Below are positions 8,303 through 17,914 of a DNA stretch of 64,000 nucleotides, in pieces (the stretch's first letter is position 1; each line of letters starts with the position of its first letter). Origin of the DNA: a virus (Duplodnaviria; Caudoviricetes); IMG/VR virus record IMGVR_UViG_3300032295_003763, positions 96,001 through 160,000 of that record; one strand, written 5' to 3'. Below the pieces are notes generated by a model, which saw only the letters and a program-made list of their open reading frames with translations, did not search any database and was not told the DNA's origin. The position numbers and the translations under genes were made by a program.

Positions 8303-10500
8303 TAGAAAAACTCATCAGTTCAGATGAATTGATAGTTAAAACAATAGAAGAAAATTCTCAATCATTAAATGTATTGATTGATGGATTTTCTTCTATTATG
8401 TCCATGACTACTATTGATGGTGATAAATTAGAAAAGCAAATAGAAGAACAAAGTGAAAAAGAAGCTGAAACTATTAAAGGGACTTTAACAGAAAGTATAA
8501 ATCAATCATCTAGTTTATCCCTCGAACAAGTTGCAGAAGCTGAGGCATCAGTTTCAGAAGGATCTATATTATCCGATGAAACAATAAATAGTCTTATAGA
8601 TGTCATATCAAATGTACAAACCGTTTTAGAAAATCTTAATACTGAAAGTTTATCTACTGTATCAACTGAAACAACACCAACTACAGAAGTTAATACAGGA
8701 AATTTAACTCAAGTTATAGATGATTTTAAAACGCTTTCAAATTTAAATTGGTGTACAGATTGGTTGAAATGCTTAGAAAAGATAATAGAACAGGCAGATG
8801 TAGTTAAAGAAGCACTAGGTTCTATACCGAGTGATAAAAAGGTTTCTTTAGGTATAAATGAAGATGACTTAAAAAAAGTAGATCAATCGATTCAAAAAGT
8901 AAAAGAAGATATTTCAACGGATATAAATCTTTCAGTTGCTAAAACCGAAATGATCGAACAGGCTACTCAATCCCCAGCATCATCAGAACTTTCAACTGGA
9001 TTTTTAAATAATTTTTCAGATTTAACTGAAAAAATAAGTTCATTTACAGAAAAAGTTGAAAACAATACGGTATCTCAAGAATCTTTCGTTAACAAAGTAA
9101 ATCAGTTCTCTGAAACAACAAGTAAAACAATAGAGAATACATTTACTTCATTTAGTGATACTACAAAAACTATTCTTGAAAAACCTAATACCTTTGAAAC
9201 ACTTCTACAAAGTAAAGTAATAACTGAAACAAAGCCACCAATGGAAATTGGAGTTGGGTTTGAGGAAATGGTAAATATGCCTATGCCTCCTTTGAATCAA
9301 CCAGCAGTCCCCATGCCCCAACCTCCACCACCAGCTATTTTAGGTTCAGAGCAAGGTACTGCAATGTCTCAGTTGATTCAAGTGTTACCTATGCCACCTA
9401 TGATAACTGAAATAGGTAAGGAATCAGTTTTAGAACAAGGCACACCAACTACAAGTGCAGTAAAGCAAGAAGTGGTCAATATACCGCCACCACCACCTCT
9501 AATTAGCCCAGAAATGTCATTTGAGGGATTATTAGGTCAAATACCAATGCCTGTCATTTCTGCACCACTAAGTCCTTTAAATATCGAAGATCTTTTATCT
9601 TTTAAAAATCCAACGGTAGAAACGACTAATATTTCAACAGAAATTAATAAAGAAGAAATAATTCCTTTAGATTTAGAAAAATTGTTTAATTTTGAGCCGA
9701 AGGTAATACCTGGTGGTACAATTAAAGAAACAAATACAAATTTTATAGGATTGCAAGAACCAGTAGGTTTTGAACAATTAAGTAATATGGGAACAACTTT
9801 AATTCCGCAACAGATAGAAAATATGGGATTTCAGATTGAAGCAAATCCAGAATTATCTGGAATGCAGATTAGTCCATTTACTGGAACACCTGAAATTGGA
9901 ACAACAGCAAATGAAACTTCAGTTCAGAACATTCAAAATCTGCCAATATCGAGTTTCAATCCTTTTGAAAATATGTTTCCTATGAAAAACCCTACTACTG
10001 CAGTAGGCTCAGTCATGCCAGAATCTACATTAGAAAAACCAACTAATTTATCTTCTAGTATTGAAGAAATATTTATAAAAAATCAAGAATCACCACAAAT
10101 TAATTTAGGAAATGCTATTTCAAAAATTCAAAATGAAATGCCACAAGCACCTTCTGAAATAGCGGCTTCTACAGAAGTAATGATGAATGAAGTAAATCTT
10201 CAACCTTTGGAATCTACACTATCATCGTCTATCACATCTTTAGGAGAAAATTTAAAAAGCTCAACACCTGCTCAAGTAACTCCAGTTACAACTGAAGGTG
10301 AATCAAATAATAATGTAATGAATGAAGTTTTAAATATGTTAACTAAACTCGATTCGACACTACAGACACTTTCTTCTTCGCAAGGAAGAAATATAGCTAT
10401 ACCATCATTAGGAAATTCTCTCAGTGATGCTCAGGCTAGAATGATAGGAAGACAGATAGCAAATGAATTAAAAGACAGTTTTTCTAGATTGTATAATTAA
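8287..10500 (+). CDS. Large acidic Ser/Thr/Glu/Pro-rich protein, possible hub or tape-measure-related virion protein
   Basis: 737-aa low-complexity ORF downstream of the gp26/gp51-like genes; function inferred from position only. Confidence 0.55.
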   Translation: MDNELIEKLISSDELIVKTIEENSQSLNVLIDGFSSIMSMTTIDGDKLEKQIEEQSEKEAETIKGTLTESINQSSSLSLEQVAEAEASVSEGSILSDETINSLIDVISNVQTVLENLNTESLSTVSTETTPTTEVNTGNLTQVIDDFKTLSNLNWCTDWLKCLEKIIEQADVVKEALGSIPSDKKVSLGINEDDLKKVDQSIQKVKEDISTDINLSVAKTEMIEQATQSPASSELSTGFLNNFSDLTEKISSFTEKVENNTVSQESFVNKVNQFSETTSKTIENTFTSFSDTTKTILEKPNTFETLLQSKVITETKPPMEIGVGFEEMVNMPMPPLNQPAVPMPQPPPPAILGSEQGTAMSQLIQVLPMPPMITEIGKESVLEQGTPTTSAVKQEVVNIPPPPPLISPEMSFEGLLGQIPMPVISAPLSPLNIEDLLSFKNPTVETTNISTEINKEEIIPLDLEKLFNFEPKVIPGGTIKETNTNFIGLQEPVGFEQLSNMGTTLIPQQIENMGFQIEANPELSGMQISPFTGTPEIGTTANETSVQNIQNLPISSFNPFENMFPMKNPTTAVGSVMPESTLEKPTNLSSSIEEIFIKNQESPQINLGNAISKIQNEMPQAPSEIAASTEVMMNEVNLQPLESTLSSSITSLGENLKSSTPAQVTPVTTEGESNNNVMNEVLNMLTKLDSTLQTLSSSQGRNIAIPSLGNSLSDAQARMIGRQIANELKDSFSRLYN

Positions 10501-10514
10501 AAAAGGAATTAATA

Positions 10515-11045
10515 GTGAATAATCAAAGTTCATTCAAAGGTAATTCTAAAAAAGATGACCCTAGAATAAATAATGAGATCATCTCTGAAACAGTTAGAGT
10601 TCTCGATGAAATTGGAAATCCAATTGGAATTATGAGTGTCCAAGAAGCTCTTACGATTGCTGAAGAAGAAAACAAGGATTTGATTGAAATATCACCTGAA
10701 GCAAAACCGCCAGTCGTAAAAGTAATTGAATACGGCAAATGGAAGTATAATAAGATTAAAGCTACTCAAAAAAATAATAAAGATAAGAAAACTACTAAAG
10801 AAGTTCGTTTTTCTATAAACATTAGTGATAATGATTTAAAAACTAAAATCAAAATGATAGAAAAGTTTTTAAAACAAGGTGATAATGTTTTAGTAAAAGT
10901 AATAATGAAAGGAAGAGAAAGAGTTAGAGAACAGTATGGTACAGATAAAATGAATAAAATTATATCAAGTTCTAAAGACTTTTATAAAAGTATATCTGAA
11001 GTCAAATTAGACAAAAACACTATTCAGTGCACAATGTTTTCTTAA
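10515..11045 (+). CDS. infC: Translation initiation factor IF-3
   Basis: PRINNEI..VRVLDE.G..IG..ALTIAEE..DLIEISP.AKPPVVKVIEYGKWKY; KEVRFS.NI..ND..TK..FL..GD.V.V..KGRE. Non-ATG start (GTG 10515, preceded in frame by ATA). Confidence 0.95.
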   Translation: MNNQSSFKGNSKKDDPRINNEIISETVRVLDEIGNPIGIMSVQEALTIAEEENKDLIEISPEAKPPVVKVIEYGKWKYNKIKATQKNNKDKKTTKEVRFSINISDNDLKTKIKMIEKFLKQGDNVLVKVIMKGRERVREQYGTDKMNKIISSSKDFYKSISEVKLDKNTIQCTMFS

Positions 11046-11620
11046 ACCATTGGAAAATCAATTAGATTCAACCAATCCTCTTTATTATCTTTAAAATTAT
11101 TCCATGTTAAATCTTCGGGTTTAACATGGATTGTTTTTTGTGCCCCCCTTTTTATTATACCTATACCATGATCGATATCAAATACATACATAGTTAAATC
11201 ACTAAATGATCTAAAGTGCACCCAAGCTTTCCATACATCTCCAGTCCAAACCTTTGATTCTCTCGGAACTAATTGCTCCCTCTCCCTAGAAGGTAAACAA
11301 TCATGTACCATAATGATACCACCTGTATTTAAATATTTTAGAGAATTTTGTATGTCTTTTATGACTTGATCCTTTTCATGTAATCCATCAACAAATATAA
11401 AATCGAAAAATAGATCATTAGAATTAAAGAAATCATCAGATGTCATTTTATGAGTAGCAGATCTTGCATTATTATCAGGATCAACACTTAATTTATATAA
11501 GCATTTTATTTGATTAAAGTTTTTACCGTCTCCAGTACCAATCTCTAAATATGATTTATACTGATGTTTCTTTATGTAATTATTTATTAATAAGGTGTGC
11601 ATATCTCCTAAATCCTTCAT
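11042..11620 (-). CDS. Class I SAM-dependent methyltransferase (Methyltransf_24-like); start may be 11602
   Basis: SYLEIG, SVDP, TSDDFF, FDFIFVDGLH, GGIIMVHDC, WTGDVWKA. Confidence 0.85.
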   Translation of the reverse strand: MKDLGDMHTLLINNYIKKHQYKSYLEIGTGDGKNFNQIKCLYKLSVDPDNNARSATHKMTSDDFFNSNDLFFDFIFVDGLHEKDQVIKDIQNSLKYLNTGGIIMVHDCLPSREREQLVPRESKVWTGDVWKAWVHFRSFSDLTMYVFDIDHGIGIIKRGAQKTIHVKPEDLTWNNFKDNKEDWLNLIDFPMV

Positions 11621-12152
11621 ATGGTTTTAATAATAATATAGACAAACTAAATTTATTTAAAACATAATTAAAAGAAAGCTGATCACGTATAGAATTATTT
11701 TTTACCTCATTCCACCACGCTTCATTAAATTCTCTCATATATGGAGTATTTTTTCGTATCAAAAAACCACTCGCTATCATTCCATTATACTCTGGATAAT
11801 TATCACTTCTATACTTTTGTATTTGTTTAAATATTACTTGAGGATCGTCTTTTTTTAGACGAATACATTCATTAGCTTCTTCGTAAATACAATTTCTATC
11901 GGGATGTTTCCAAGTCACTATGTCATAATTAAAATCAAATTTACTATTCAAACATTCAAAATTTGAATCTATCCATATAGAAAAATCATGTTCTGGTAAA
12001 TATTTATGTGGATTTAATTTTATTTCTCTAGCTAATAGTCTAGGGTTTTTATTATTTGAACAGCTAATTCTATAAAATGGATAATCTGAATTTATGATTG
12101 TTCCAGTTCTATCATAGTTTCCTATATTAGCTGTATAAATAATTACTTTCAT
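11580..12152 (-). CDS. DUF616/TOD1-MUCI70-like glycosyltransferase
   Basis: IYTANIGNYD, K.NPH.YL, SIWIDSN, HPDRNCIYEEA, RDQLSFNYV. Confidence 0.8.
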   Translation of the reverse strand: MKVIIYTANIGNYDRTGTIINSDYPFYRISCSNNKNPRLLAREIKLNPHKYLPEHDFSIWIDSNFECLNSKFDFNYDIVTWKHPDRNCIYEEANECIRLKKDDPQVIFKQIQKYRSDNYPEYNGMIASGFLIRKNTPYMREFNEAWWNEVKNNSIRDQLSFNYVLNKFSLSILLLKPYEGFRRYAHLINK

Positions 12153-12697
12153 TTTAATAAGTGTTTTGTACTTTTTATACTTCTAGAAAAATCTCCGCCT
12201 CTATACCAGTGATATACATATACACCATTCATTCTATACATTATTTGGTTTTGAGACAATGCTTTAAAATAAAATTCATTATCAATACCAAGCATTCCAT
12301 TTTCTCTAAATCCCCCAATATCTCTCCAAACCTTTTTACTTATTAATATTAATACCCCACTCATAGCATTTACTGGATCTTGAATTTGTGTAACTGAATC
12401 ATAGTAGTTATTAAAAAGTTGCAAACCTACTTCTCTATGATATTTCATATCATTTGTTTTTGGATCCCCATACAACTGCCAAGGACAACCTACTCTATTA
12501 GTATAACATGTAAAAAATCCTGATTCAGGATATTTTCTTACTATATCTTCTAATTGTTTTCCAAAAAATGATGTTGTAAAACAAGCATCTGCATCTAAAA
12601 AACAAACAAAATCGCTTTCACCTACTAAGTGCATAGAAGTATTATATGCAGCTCCTACATTTTTTCCAGTATTCCAAGGTATAATGTAATGTATCAT
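12149..12697 (-). CDS. GT2-like glycosyltransferase
   Basis: NVGAAYN, VCFLDAD, SGVLILISKKVW..IGGF..LGIDN, YVYHWYR. ATG 12697 preferred because TTG 12721 lies inside a terminator hairpin. Confidence 0.75.
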   Translation of the reverse strand: MIHYIIPWNTGKNVGAAYNTSMHLVGESDFVCFLDADACFTTSFFGKQLEDIVRKYPESGFFTCYTNRVGCPWQLYGDPKTNDMKYHREVGLQLFNNYYDSVTQIQDPVNAMSGVLILISKKVWRDIGGFRENGMLGIDNEFYFKALSQNQIMYRMNGVYVYHWYRGGDFSRSIKSTKHLLK

Positions 12698-12709
12698 ATT
12701 ATTCAAAAT

Positions 12710-12744
12710 AAAAAAACCCAATTATTATATAAAATAATTGGGTT
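12710..12744 (-). terminator. Terminator-like hairpin
   Basis: AACCCAATTATT/AATAATTGGGTT 12-bp stem with a U-tract. Confidence 0.55.
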
Positions 12745-12762
12745 ATTGTTTAGATTTTGAAT

Positions 12763-13005
12763 TTATTTATTTCCCATATAATTCTTTTTATATCTTTCTA
12801 TAAATTTCTTATATGATGTAGTAATCAATGGTGATTCCGATTTCATCAATTCTTCTTTAGCCTTAGCATATTCCTTCTCAGCAAATGGATACATTGTATC
12901 GCCTTCATGTGGCTGTACAAGATACTTTGGTGGATCATAGCTTTCTGTCTCGCCCTTATTAGCTTGTGCTAAATTTTGCATGTCTTTAACTGTTTTAATA
13001 TCCAT
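12763..13005 (-). CDS. Hypothetical protein
   Basis: 80-aa ORF with its own GATATATA promoter and terminator. Confidence 0.65.
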   Translation of the reverse strand: MDIKTVKDMQNLAQANKGETESYDPPKYLVQPHEGDTMYPFAEKEYAKAKEELMKSESPLITTSYKKFIERYKKNYMGNK

Positions 13006-13048
13006 GAGATTTATTTATTTTTATTATGAAATTTCATAATCTACACTC

Positions 13049-13056
13049 TATATATC
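13049..13056 (-). promoter_or_regulatory. GATATATA putative late promoter
   Basis: 43 nt upstream of 13005. Confidence 0.65.
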
Positions 13057-13061
13057 AAAAT

Positions 13062-16019
13062 TTAAATTGGATCTCTTAAAAATCCACCACCATTTTTACC
13101 AGCAGCACACCATTTCCATAAAAATAATAATAAAGGTATATTAATAAGACTTAATCTTTCCCATGTTGGAAGATCATCAATATACAGTGGCATAAGTTTA
13201 GTTATTTCTGGATCTATTTCATTCTTCGCTGGTGTAGATGGCGAAGGTGGTGGTAAGGTCGCACATAATGTAAAGCCTAGAGGTACACTAAAAACATTAA
13301 TTTTATTTTGTAATCCTATATTCTGTTGCTGTAATATTAAATTTTGTTTTTGTTTTTCAATTAAGTCTCTCGATTCTTGCTCAATTTCTTGCTGATTTTT
13401 TTGAATAGAAAGTTCTAGATTTTGTTTACTAAAAGTATTTTTCTTCAAATCACTTTCTTTATCAGCTATGTCCGATTTAAGTTTAGAAATAGTATTATTC
13501 AAACTAGCATTTTGATTTAGTTTTGAAGTTATTTCGGATTGCTTGCTTGAAATATCACCTTTAGCTTGCTGAATTTTTTGATTCGCATCAGGTGCTTGTT
13601 TATTTTGAATAGATTTTATTTCATTTTGCTTTGCATCTATTTCTCCCTTTAATGAATTTATTTTATTTTGGTTTTCATTTATTTTACTTATGTTTTCTGA
13701 TATTTTACTAGTATTATCTGCTATAGATTTTGACAATGTGGCAATTTTGTTTTGCACATCATTTATCTTTTTGGTGTTTTCTGTAATTTCAGATTTTCTT
13801 CTTTCTATATCTTTTTGCCTTCTTTCAAGATCTTCTTGGTTTCTTTTCATCCTTTCAATATTATCAGCTACTATTTTTTGGATATCTTTAACATGTTTAT
13901 CCAAATCTGAAGGTTTTAAAAGAGGTATATTAATTTCAGGAGAAGCATCTAATCTTTTACTAGTAGGCTCTTCCTTTATCTTACACATTGGTCTAATGGC
14001 AACTGGAAACCAAGCACTTTTAGGTCCAATTGGACCTAATGGACAATCAGATGTATTAAGTATAAAAACAAATGGAGAAGGTAAAACTCCACATTGGCCT
14101 ATTAAAACTACTATTAATGCAACTGGAGTATTTATAACCGTTAATGGTATCCAGATTATTGGACATGGGATAAATAAAGGTTTAGGGAAAATAGGTAAAA
14201 TCAATCCAACTGGCCAATGTACTGGTACCAAATTCATTATTGTTGCTAATGAACAAAATTTTCTCCACCATCTTAAGTCAAATATAGTAGGACTTTTAGA
14301 AGCATCCATTGGGATACCTTTATAATTAACATCACTACCTGCTGGTATATCTGGATCTTTTAAATCTGGTAATTCGCAACCTTGTGCTAATAAACTATCC
14401 TTTATAGTTGTATTTAGTTCATCAAAATATTTCTGAATTTCTATTTCTTCTATAGAAAGATCATCCAACTCTTTAATTAAAGGATCATATGTCTCTTTAA
14501 GTTTAATTGCGGATTTATTATAATATGACTTAATAAAATCAAGCCTATCTCCACCTCTAGCTATTGTCTCTATTCCCCATGCATAACCGTATTTATCTAC
14601 TACTTCAATTGCATTATTTATTTCTTTATCGAATTCCTCATCAGCTTTTTTGGAATTATTTATAATTTTATCAACGCCACCATCTATAGATAAATCTATT
14701 TTTCCAATGGATTCAATTAAAACATCTTGTAATAATTCTAATTTTTTATTACCATCTCTGGAAGTTTTATTCTTATCATATATAAAATTCGGAGTATTAT
14801 ACTTTTCAAACTTTATATCAATTTGTGATGCTAAATCTTTAATGTTTTTGTTTAGAATTTCTTTTAAAATTAGTAAATCTAAAAATACCCTTTCATCTAC
14901 TAAGCTTCTGATTATTTCATTCTGCTTTTTATTCAATCTTTCTATTTCAGAGTTCAAAGTATTAATTTTAAAAATATTAAGAGCAAATGTATTATCCTTT
15001 TCTTTTTGTTTTTGATTCCTTTGATTAGCTAAATCTCCCAATACCTTAAATTTTGGTTTATCCAGAGTATCTATAACTGTGTCCCAAAATCTTACAAATA
15101 TTTTTCCGATTTTTGCTTCTTGTTTTATTTGAGATATTCTAGTTTTAACTTGATTTAATCTCTCACCTTTTTTTTGTGATTCTTGAACTATAGGTTCAAG
15201 AACCTTTACACAATCTACAGCTACTTTGTCTTTTGGTCTATCTGTAGCATCATTTAAAGTATTTATATCCGAATTAATTATATCATCTCTCAATGTAGAA
15301 ATATCATTTCCATTTTTTAACGATTCGTTAGCTATTAATAATAAATTACCTATGTCTGTACGGCTTAATTCTTCCAATAAAATATCAGCAGGTGTCCCAA
15401 AGATATCTAAATTAGATAACGCATTAATAGCTTCATTCATTTGTGCGTTTCTATCTTCTAAAGAATTAGGATTATCTTCTGGTAAACTTGTATCTAAATT
15501 TTTAAATGCATCTTCAATACTTGTAGGACTACTTCCTTCTAATACCTTTGAGGGTTCACTAGGCGGAGCAACTGCTTCACATAATTTTTTAAAGTCCTCA
15601 AAAGTTACTTGGGGTGCTGGTGGTTCTTCTGGTTTACAAAAATTAACAGATGCTATATCTTCAAAGGTTATGGTAGGTAATTGATTTGTAACTTGAGCTG
15701 GAAGAACATTACACATAGCTTGTAATAATTCTTCTGGGGTAATATTATCTAGATCATTTCTAATTTCTGGTACTCTAGCACCCTCAACTATTGGATTTAA
15801 GTTATTTAGTGTATCGCTAATTTGTTTGACTTGTAAATCTAATTTTGATAAAGAGTCAATAGGATCCCCTACATTATTTGGAAGCAAATAATCCCCAACT
15901 TGAACTCCTTGTTCTATGACTTCTTTTTGAAATTCAATAGTTACATCCAATGAATTTTTAGCTAATTCACTGAGATCTTTAATATTTTGTTCTATTTCTG
16001 ATTTATAGTCAAGAGACAT
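13062..16019 (-). CDS. Large coiled-coil protein with Pro/Cys/Trp-rich hydrophobic segments; probable virion protein
   Basis: 985 aa; heptad-rich regions flank WWRKFCSLAT..HWPVGLILP..; late-type promoter. Confidence 0.6.
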   Translation of the reverse strand: MSLDYKSEIEQNIKDLSELAKNSLDVTIEFQKEVIEQGVQVGDYLLPNNVGDPIDSLSKLDLQVKQISDTLNNLNPIVEGARVPEIRNDLDNITPEELLQAMCNVLPAQVTNQLPTITFEDIASVNFCKPEEPPAPQVTFEDFKKLCEAVAPPSEPSKVLEGSSPTSIEDAFKNLDTSLPEDNPNSLEDRNAQMNEAINALSNLDIFGTPADILLEELSRTDIGNLLLIANESLKNGNDISTLRDDIINSDINTLNDATDRPKDKVAVDCVKVLEPIVQESQKKGERLNQVKTRISQIKQEAKIGKIFVRFWDTVIDTLDKPKFKVLGDLANQRNQKQKEKDNTFALNIFKINTLNSEIERLNKKQNEIIRSLVDERVFLDLLILKEILNKNIKDLASQIDIKFEKYNTPNFIYDKNKTSRDGNKKLELLQDVLIESIGKIDLSIDGGVDKIINNSKKADEEFDKEINNAIEVVDKYGYAWGIETIARGGDRLDFIKSYYNKSAIKLKETYDPLIKELDDLSIEEIEIQKYFDELNTTIKDSLLAQGCELPDLKDPDIPAGSDVNYKGIPMDASKSPTIFDLRWWRKFCSLATIMNLVPVHWPVGLILPIFPKPLFIPCPIIWIPLTVINTPVALIVVLIGQCGVLPSPFVFILNTSDCPLGPIGPKSAWFPVAIRPMCKIKEEPTSKRLDASPEINIPLLKPSDLDKHVKDIQKIVADNIERMKRNQEDLERRQKDIERRKSEITENTKKINDVQNKIATLSKSIADNTSKISENISKINENQNKINSLKGEIDAKQNEIKSIQNKQAPDANQKIQQAKGDISSKQSEITSKLNQNASLNNTISKLKSDIADKESDLKKNTFSKQNLELSIQKNQQEIEQESRDLIEKQKQNLILQQQNIGLQNKINVFSVPLGFTLCATLPPPSPSTPAKNEIDPEITKLMPLYIDDLPTWERLSLINIPLLLFLWKWCAAGKNGGGFLRDPI

Positions 16020-16042
16020 AAGATTACCTTTGTATAATACTC

Positions 16043-16050
16043 TATATATC
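16043..16050 (-). promoter_or_regulatory. GATATATA putative late promoter
   Basis: 23 nt upstream of 16019. Confidence 0.7.
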
Positions 16051-16057
16051 TTAAAAC

Positions 16058-16081
16058 AAAAAAAGCCGTCAAAGACGGCTT
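16058..16081 (-). terminator. Intrinsic terminator
   Basis: AAGCCGTC/GACGGCTT stem plus U-tract. Confidence 0.75.
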
Positions 16082-16100
16082 CTTAAACTGTTTGAATTGA

Positions 16101-16472
16101 TTATTTCAAACGCAACAAATAAACAAGCTTATGTGTCTCGTTAATCATATCCAATACGATATCTTGAATTTCAATATTTGATGAAATAAATTTTTCAGAT
16201 GACATTTCACAAAACATTTTTGCACATTCAGAATAATATTCTACCAAATCAACATTCAATATGCCTTTAATTTCAATATTAGCATTTTGAAGTTCTGGTG
16301 TGCCACCATTAGGATTTTTGCCCTTTGTTACTTCAACGAATCTGTCTGTTAATTCTTGAATTGTTTCATAATAAGAACCCAAAGCAACATGACTAGCATA
16401 TGTATTTGTTTGCCAGTGCCAAAGTTGTGTTTGAGCTTGCAATTTGAGTAAAAGTGGTATGTACTTTTCCAT
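16101..16472 (-). CDS. Dps/ferritin-like four-helix protein (DUF5856-like)
   Basis: Q.WHWQT..YASH.ALG.YYE....L.DRFVE ... K.VYLL.LK. Confidence 0.75.
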   Translation of the reverse strand: MEKYIPLLLKLQAQTQLWHWQTNTYASHVALGSYYETIQELTDRFVEVTKGKNPNGGTPELQNANIEIKGILNVDLVEYYSECAKMFCEMSSEKFISSNIEIQDIVLDMINETHKLVYLLRLK

Positions 16473-16491
16473 ATAAAAGGTTATTTTTATG

Positions 16492-16499
16492 TATATATC
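16492..16499 (-). promoter_or_regulatory. GATATATA putative late promoter
   Basis: 19 nt upstream of 16472. Confidence 0.7.
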
Positions 16500-16516
16500 A
16501 AAATAATTAATTGTTT

Positions 16517-16867
16517 TTATCCAAATGATACATTTGAATCTATCATTCTTTCTCTGAGCATCATTTCTGATTCTCGTCTCAAGTCTCTTAAAGATTCTAT
16601 CTTAGCTTCTTCAAGTTCTAAAGAATTTTGTAGATCCATAAGTTCGTCTTCTAAACTATGGAATTCTACAGATTCATTAATTGCTAATTTCAGAAATCTT
16701 TCTCTTTCTTCTGCATTCTTTCCATAATTTCCGTCTGATCTCCTGATAGCATCAGTCTCAATATTGAATCGATTTTTCTCAATATTATGTTTTAAAACAC
16801 GTATTGAGTTTCTCAATTGAGCAGTTCTCATTCTACTTTCAATGAGTTCTTGAGTATTAAACTCCAT
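16517..16867 (-). CDS. Coiled-coil hypothetical protein (weakly UvsY-like architecture)
   Basis: All-helical 116 aa with a central GKNAEERE turn. Confidence 0.55.
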   Translation of the reverse strand: MEFNTQELIESRMRTAQLRNSIRVLKHNIEKNRFNIETDAIRRSDGNYGKNAEERERFLKLAINESVEFHSLEDELMDLQNSLELEEAKIESLRDLRRESEMMLRERMIDSNVSFG

Positions 16868-16891
16868 AATACACTATCCCAAAATGAATAA

Positions 16892-17098
16892 TTAATTAAG
16901 TTTTGAATTTACAAGTTCTATTCTAAGATCATCTAACTCTTCACTTGACATTTTATCCCATCCATTATTATGGATAGTATTTCTTATTTCTTCTGTGTCT
17001 TGTGGTAGAGGATACTTTATGTATAATGCTAATATAATCATTTTTTCTTCTTTAGACAAATCTTCAAAAGATTTATCTATTTGTATTTCGTTAATCAT
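16892..17098 (-). CDS. Hypothetical protein
   Basis: 68-aa ORF in tandem. Confidence 0.55.
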   Translation of the reverse strand: MINEIQIDKSFEDLSKEEKMIILALYIKYPLPQDTEEIRNTIHNNGWDKMSSEELDDLRIELVNSKLN

Positions 17099-17175
17099 AA
17101 TAATAGGTTATGTTATCTATTTATTATATAACTTTTTATATGATTAAGAATCTGCAAAAATAGTAAGTTTAGGAA

Positions 17176-17514
17176 TTATATTTTATAATTTATTTGATAT
17201 TCTTTTAGTTTTGAATCGAAATGATTATTAAGACGCTTATAATTAAATTTTGCCATAATTTGATCAGCCATATCTAATAAGTTTTTGCTAATATCAGAAC
17301 ATGGGAGGATTATTAGATATCTTTCTTTATTAGTATCAGTTGAAGATAAAAATCGTATAGAATTTAAATTAGAGTTACTATTTAAAAGTTCATTTGATAA
17401 TGAAGTAAATAATCTGAACAGTTGATGCTCAAGAGGTGGCTCATGCTGTTGCATATAATTATTTATTTCATTATTTATCTGATTTTGTATATTATAGCCG
17501 TGAGGTGTAAACAT
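17176..17514 (-). CDS. Hypothetical protein
   Basis: 112-aa ORF downstream of the gp55-like gene. Confidence 0.55.
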   Translation of the reverse strand: MFTPHGYNIQNQINNEINNYMQQHEPPLEHQLFRLFTSLSNELLNSNSNLNSIRFLSSTDTNKERYLIILPCSDISKNLLDMADQIMAKFNYKRLNNHFDSKLKEYQINYKI

Positions 17515-17523
17515 ATTTGTATA

Positions 17524-17868
17524 TTAAATATTTCTAAAAAATTCATCATCGATCGAGATAAAATCTGTTGATTTTTGCTCATGGATTATATTCCATGTTT
17601 TAGCCATACCGTTTTTAATTACTTGAGAATAATAAGCAAAAACATTTTCAGATTTTTCAGGATTAAAATTTCTCCAATGTCTCATAACATCTGCTATACC
17701 AGAAGCTACACAATCTTCTCTATCCTCTGGATATTTGTATTTAAGAATCTTTGACATTTCATTAGACATTTTACAAATTAATTCAACAGCACGTGGTGTA
17801 AGTTCATCTCTTTTTTTCGATTCTATAATCTCTTTTAAAAGTTCTTTATTATTAACATACTGTGCCAT
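17524..17868 (-). CDS. gp55: T4 gp55-like late-transcription sigma factor (short form)
   Basis: YVNNKEL..EI, Y....EDC...G.......NFNPEKSEN.FAY.SQ..KN are the characteristic gp55 motifs. Confidence 0.8.
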   Translation of the reverse strand: MAQYVNNKELLKEIIESKKRDELTPRAVELICKMSNEMSKILKYKYPEDREDCVASGIADVMRHWRNFNPEKSENVFAYYSQVIKNGMAKTWNIIHEQKSTDFISIDDEFFRNI

Positions 17869-17898
17869 TGTAAATCCAGATTATTTTTATTACTACAT

Positions 17899-17906
17899 TA
17901 TATATC
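17899..17906 (-). promoter_or_regulatory. GATATATA motif upstream of the gp55-like gene
   Basis: 30 nt upstream of 17868. Confidence 0.65.
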
Positions 17907-17914
17907 AATTAAAC

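Noticed and set aside
13690-15684. Plus-strand ORFs antisense to the 985-aa gene (and similar ones opposite gp46, topoisomerase and sheath)
   Set aside because: Ser/Leu/Phe-rich antisense shadows fully contained in well-supported genes
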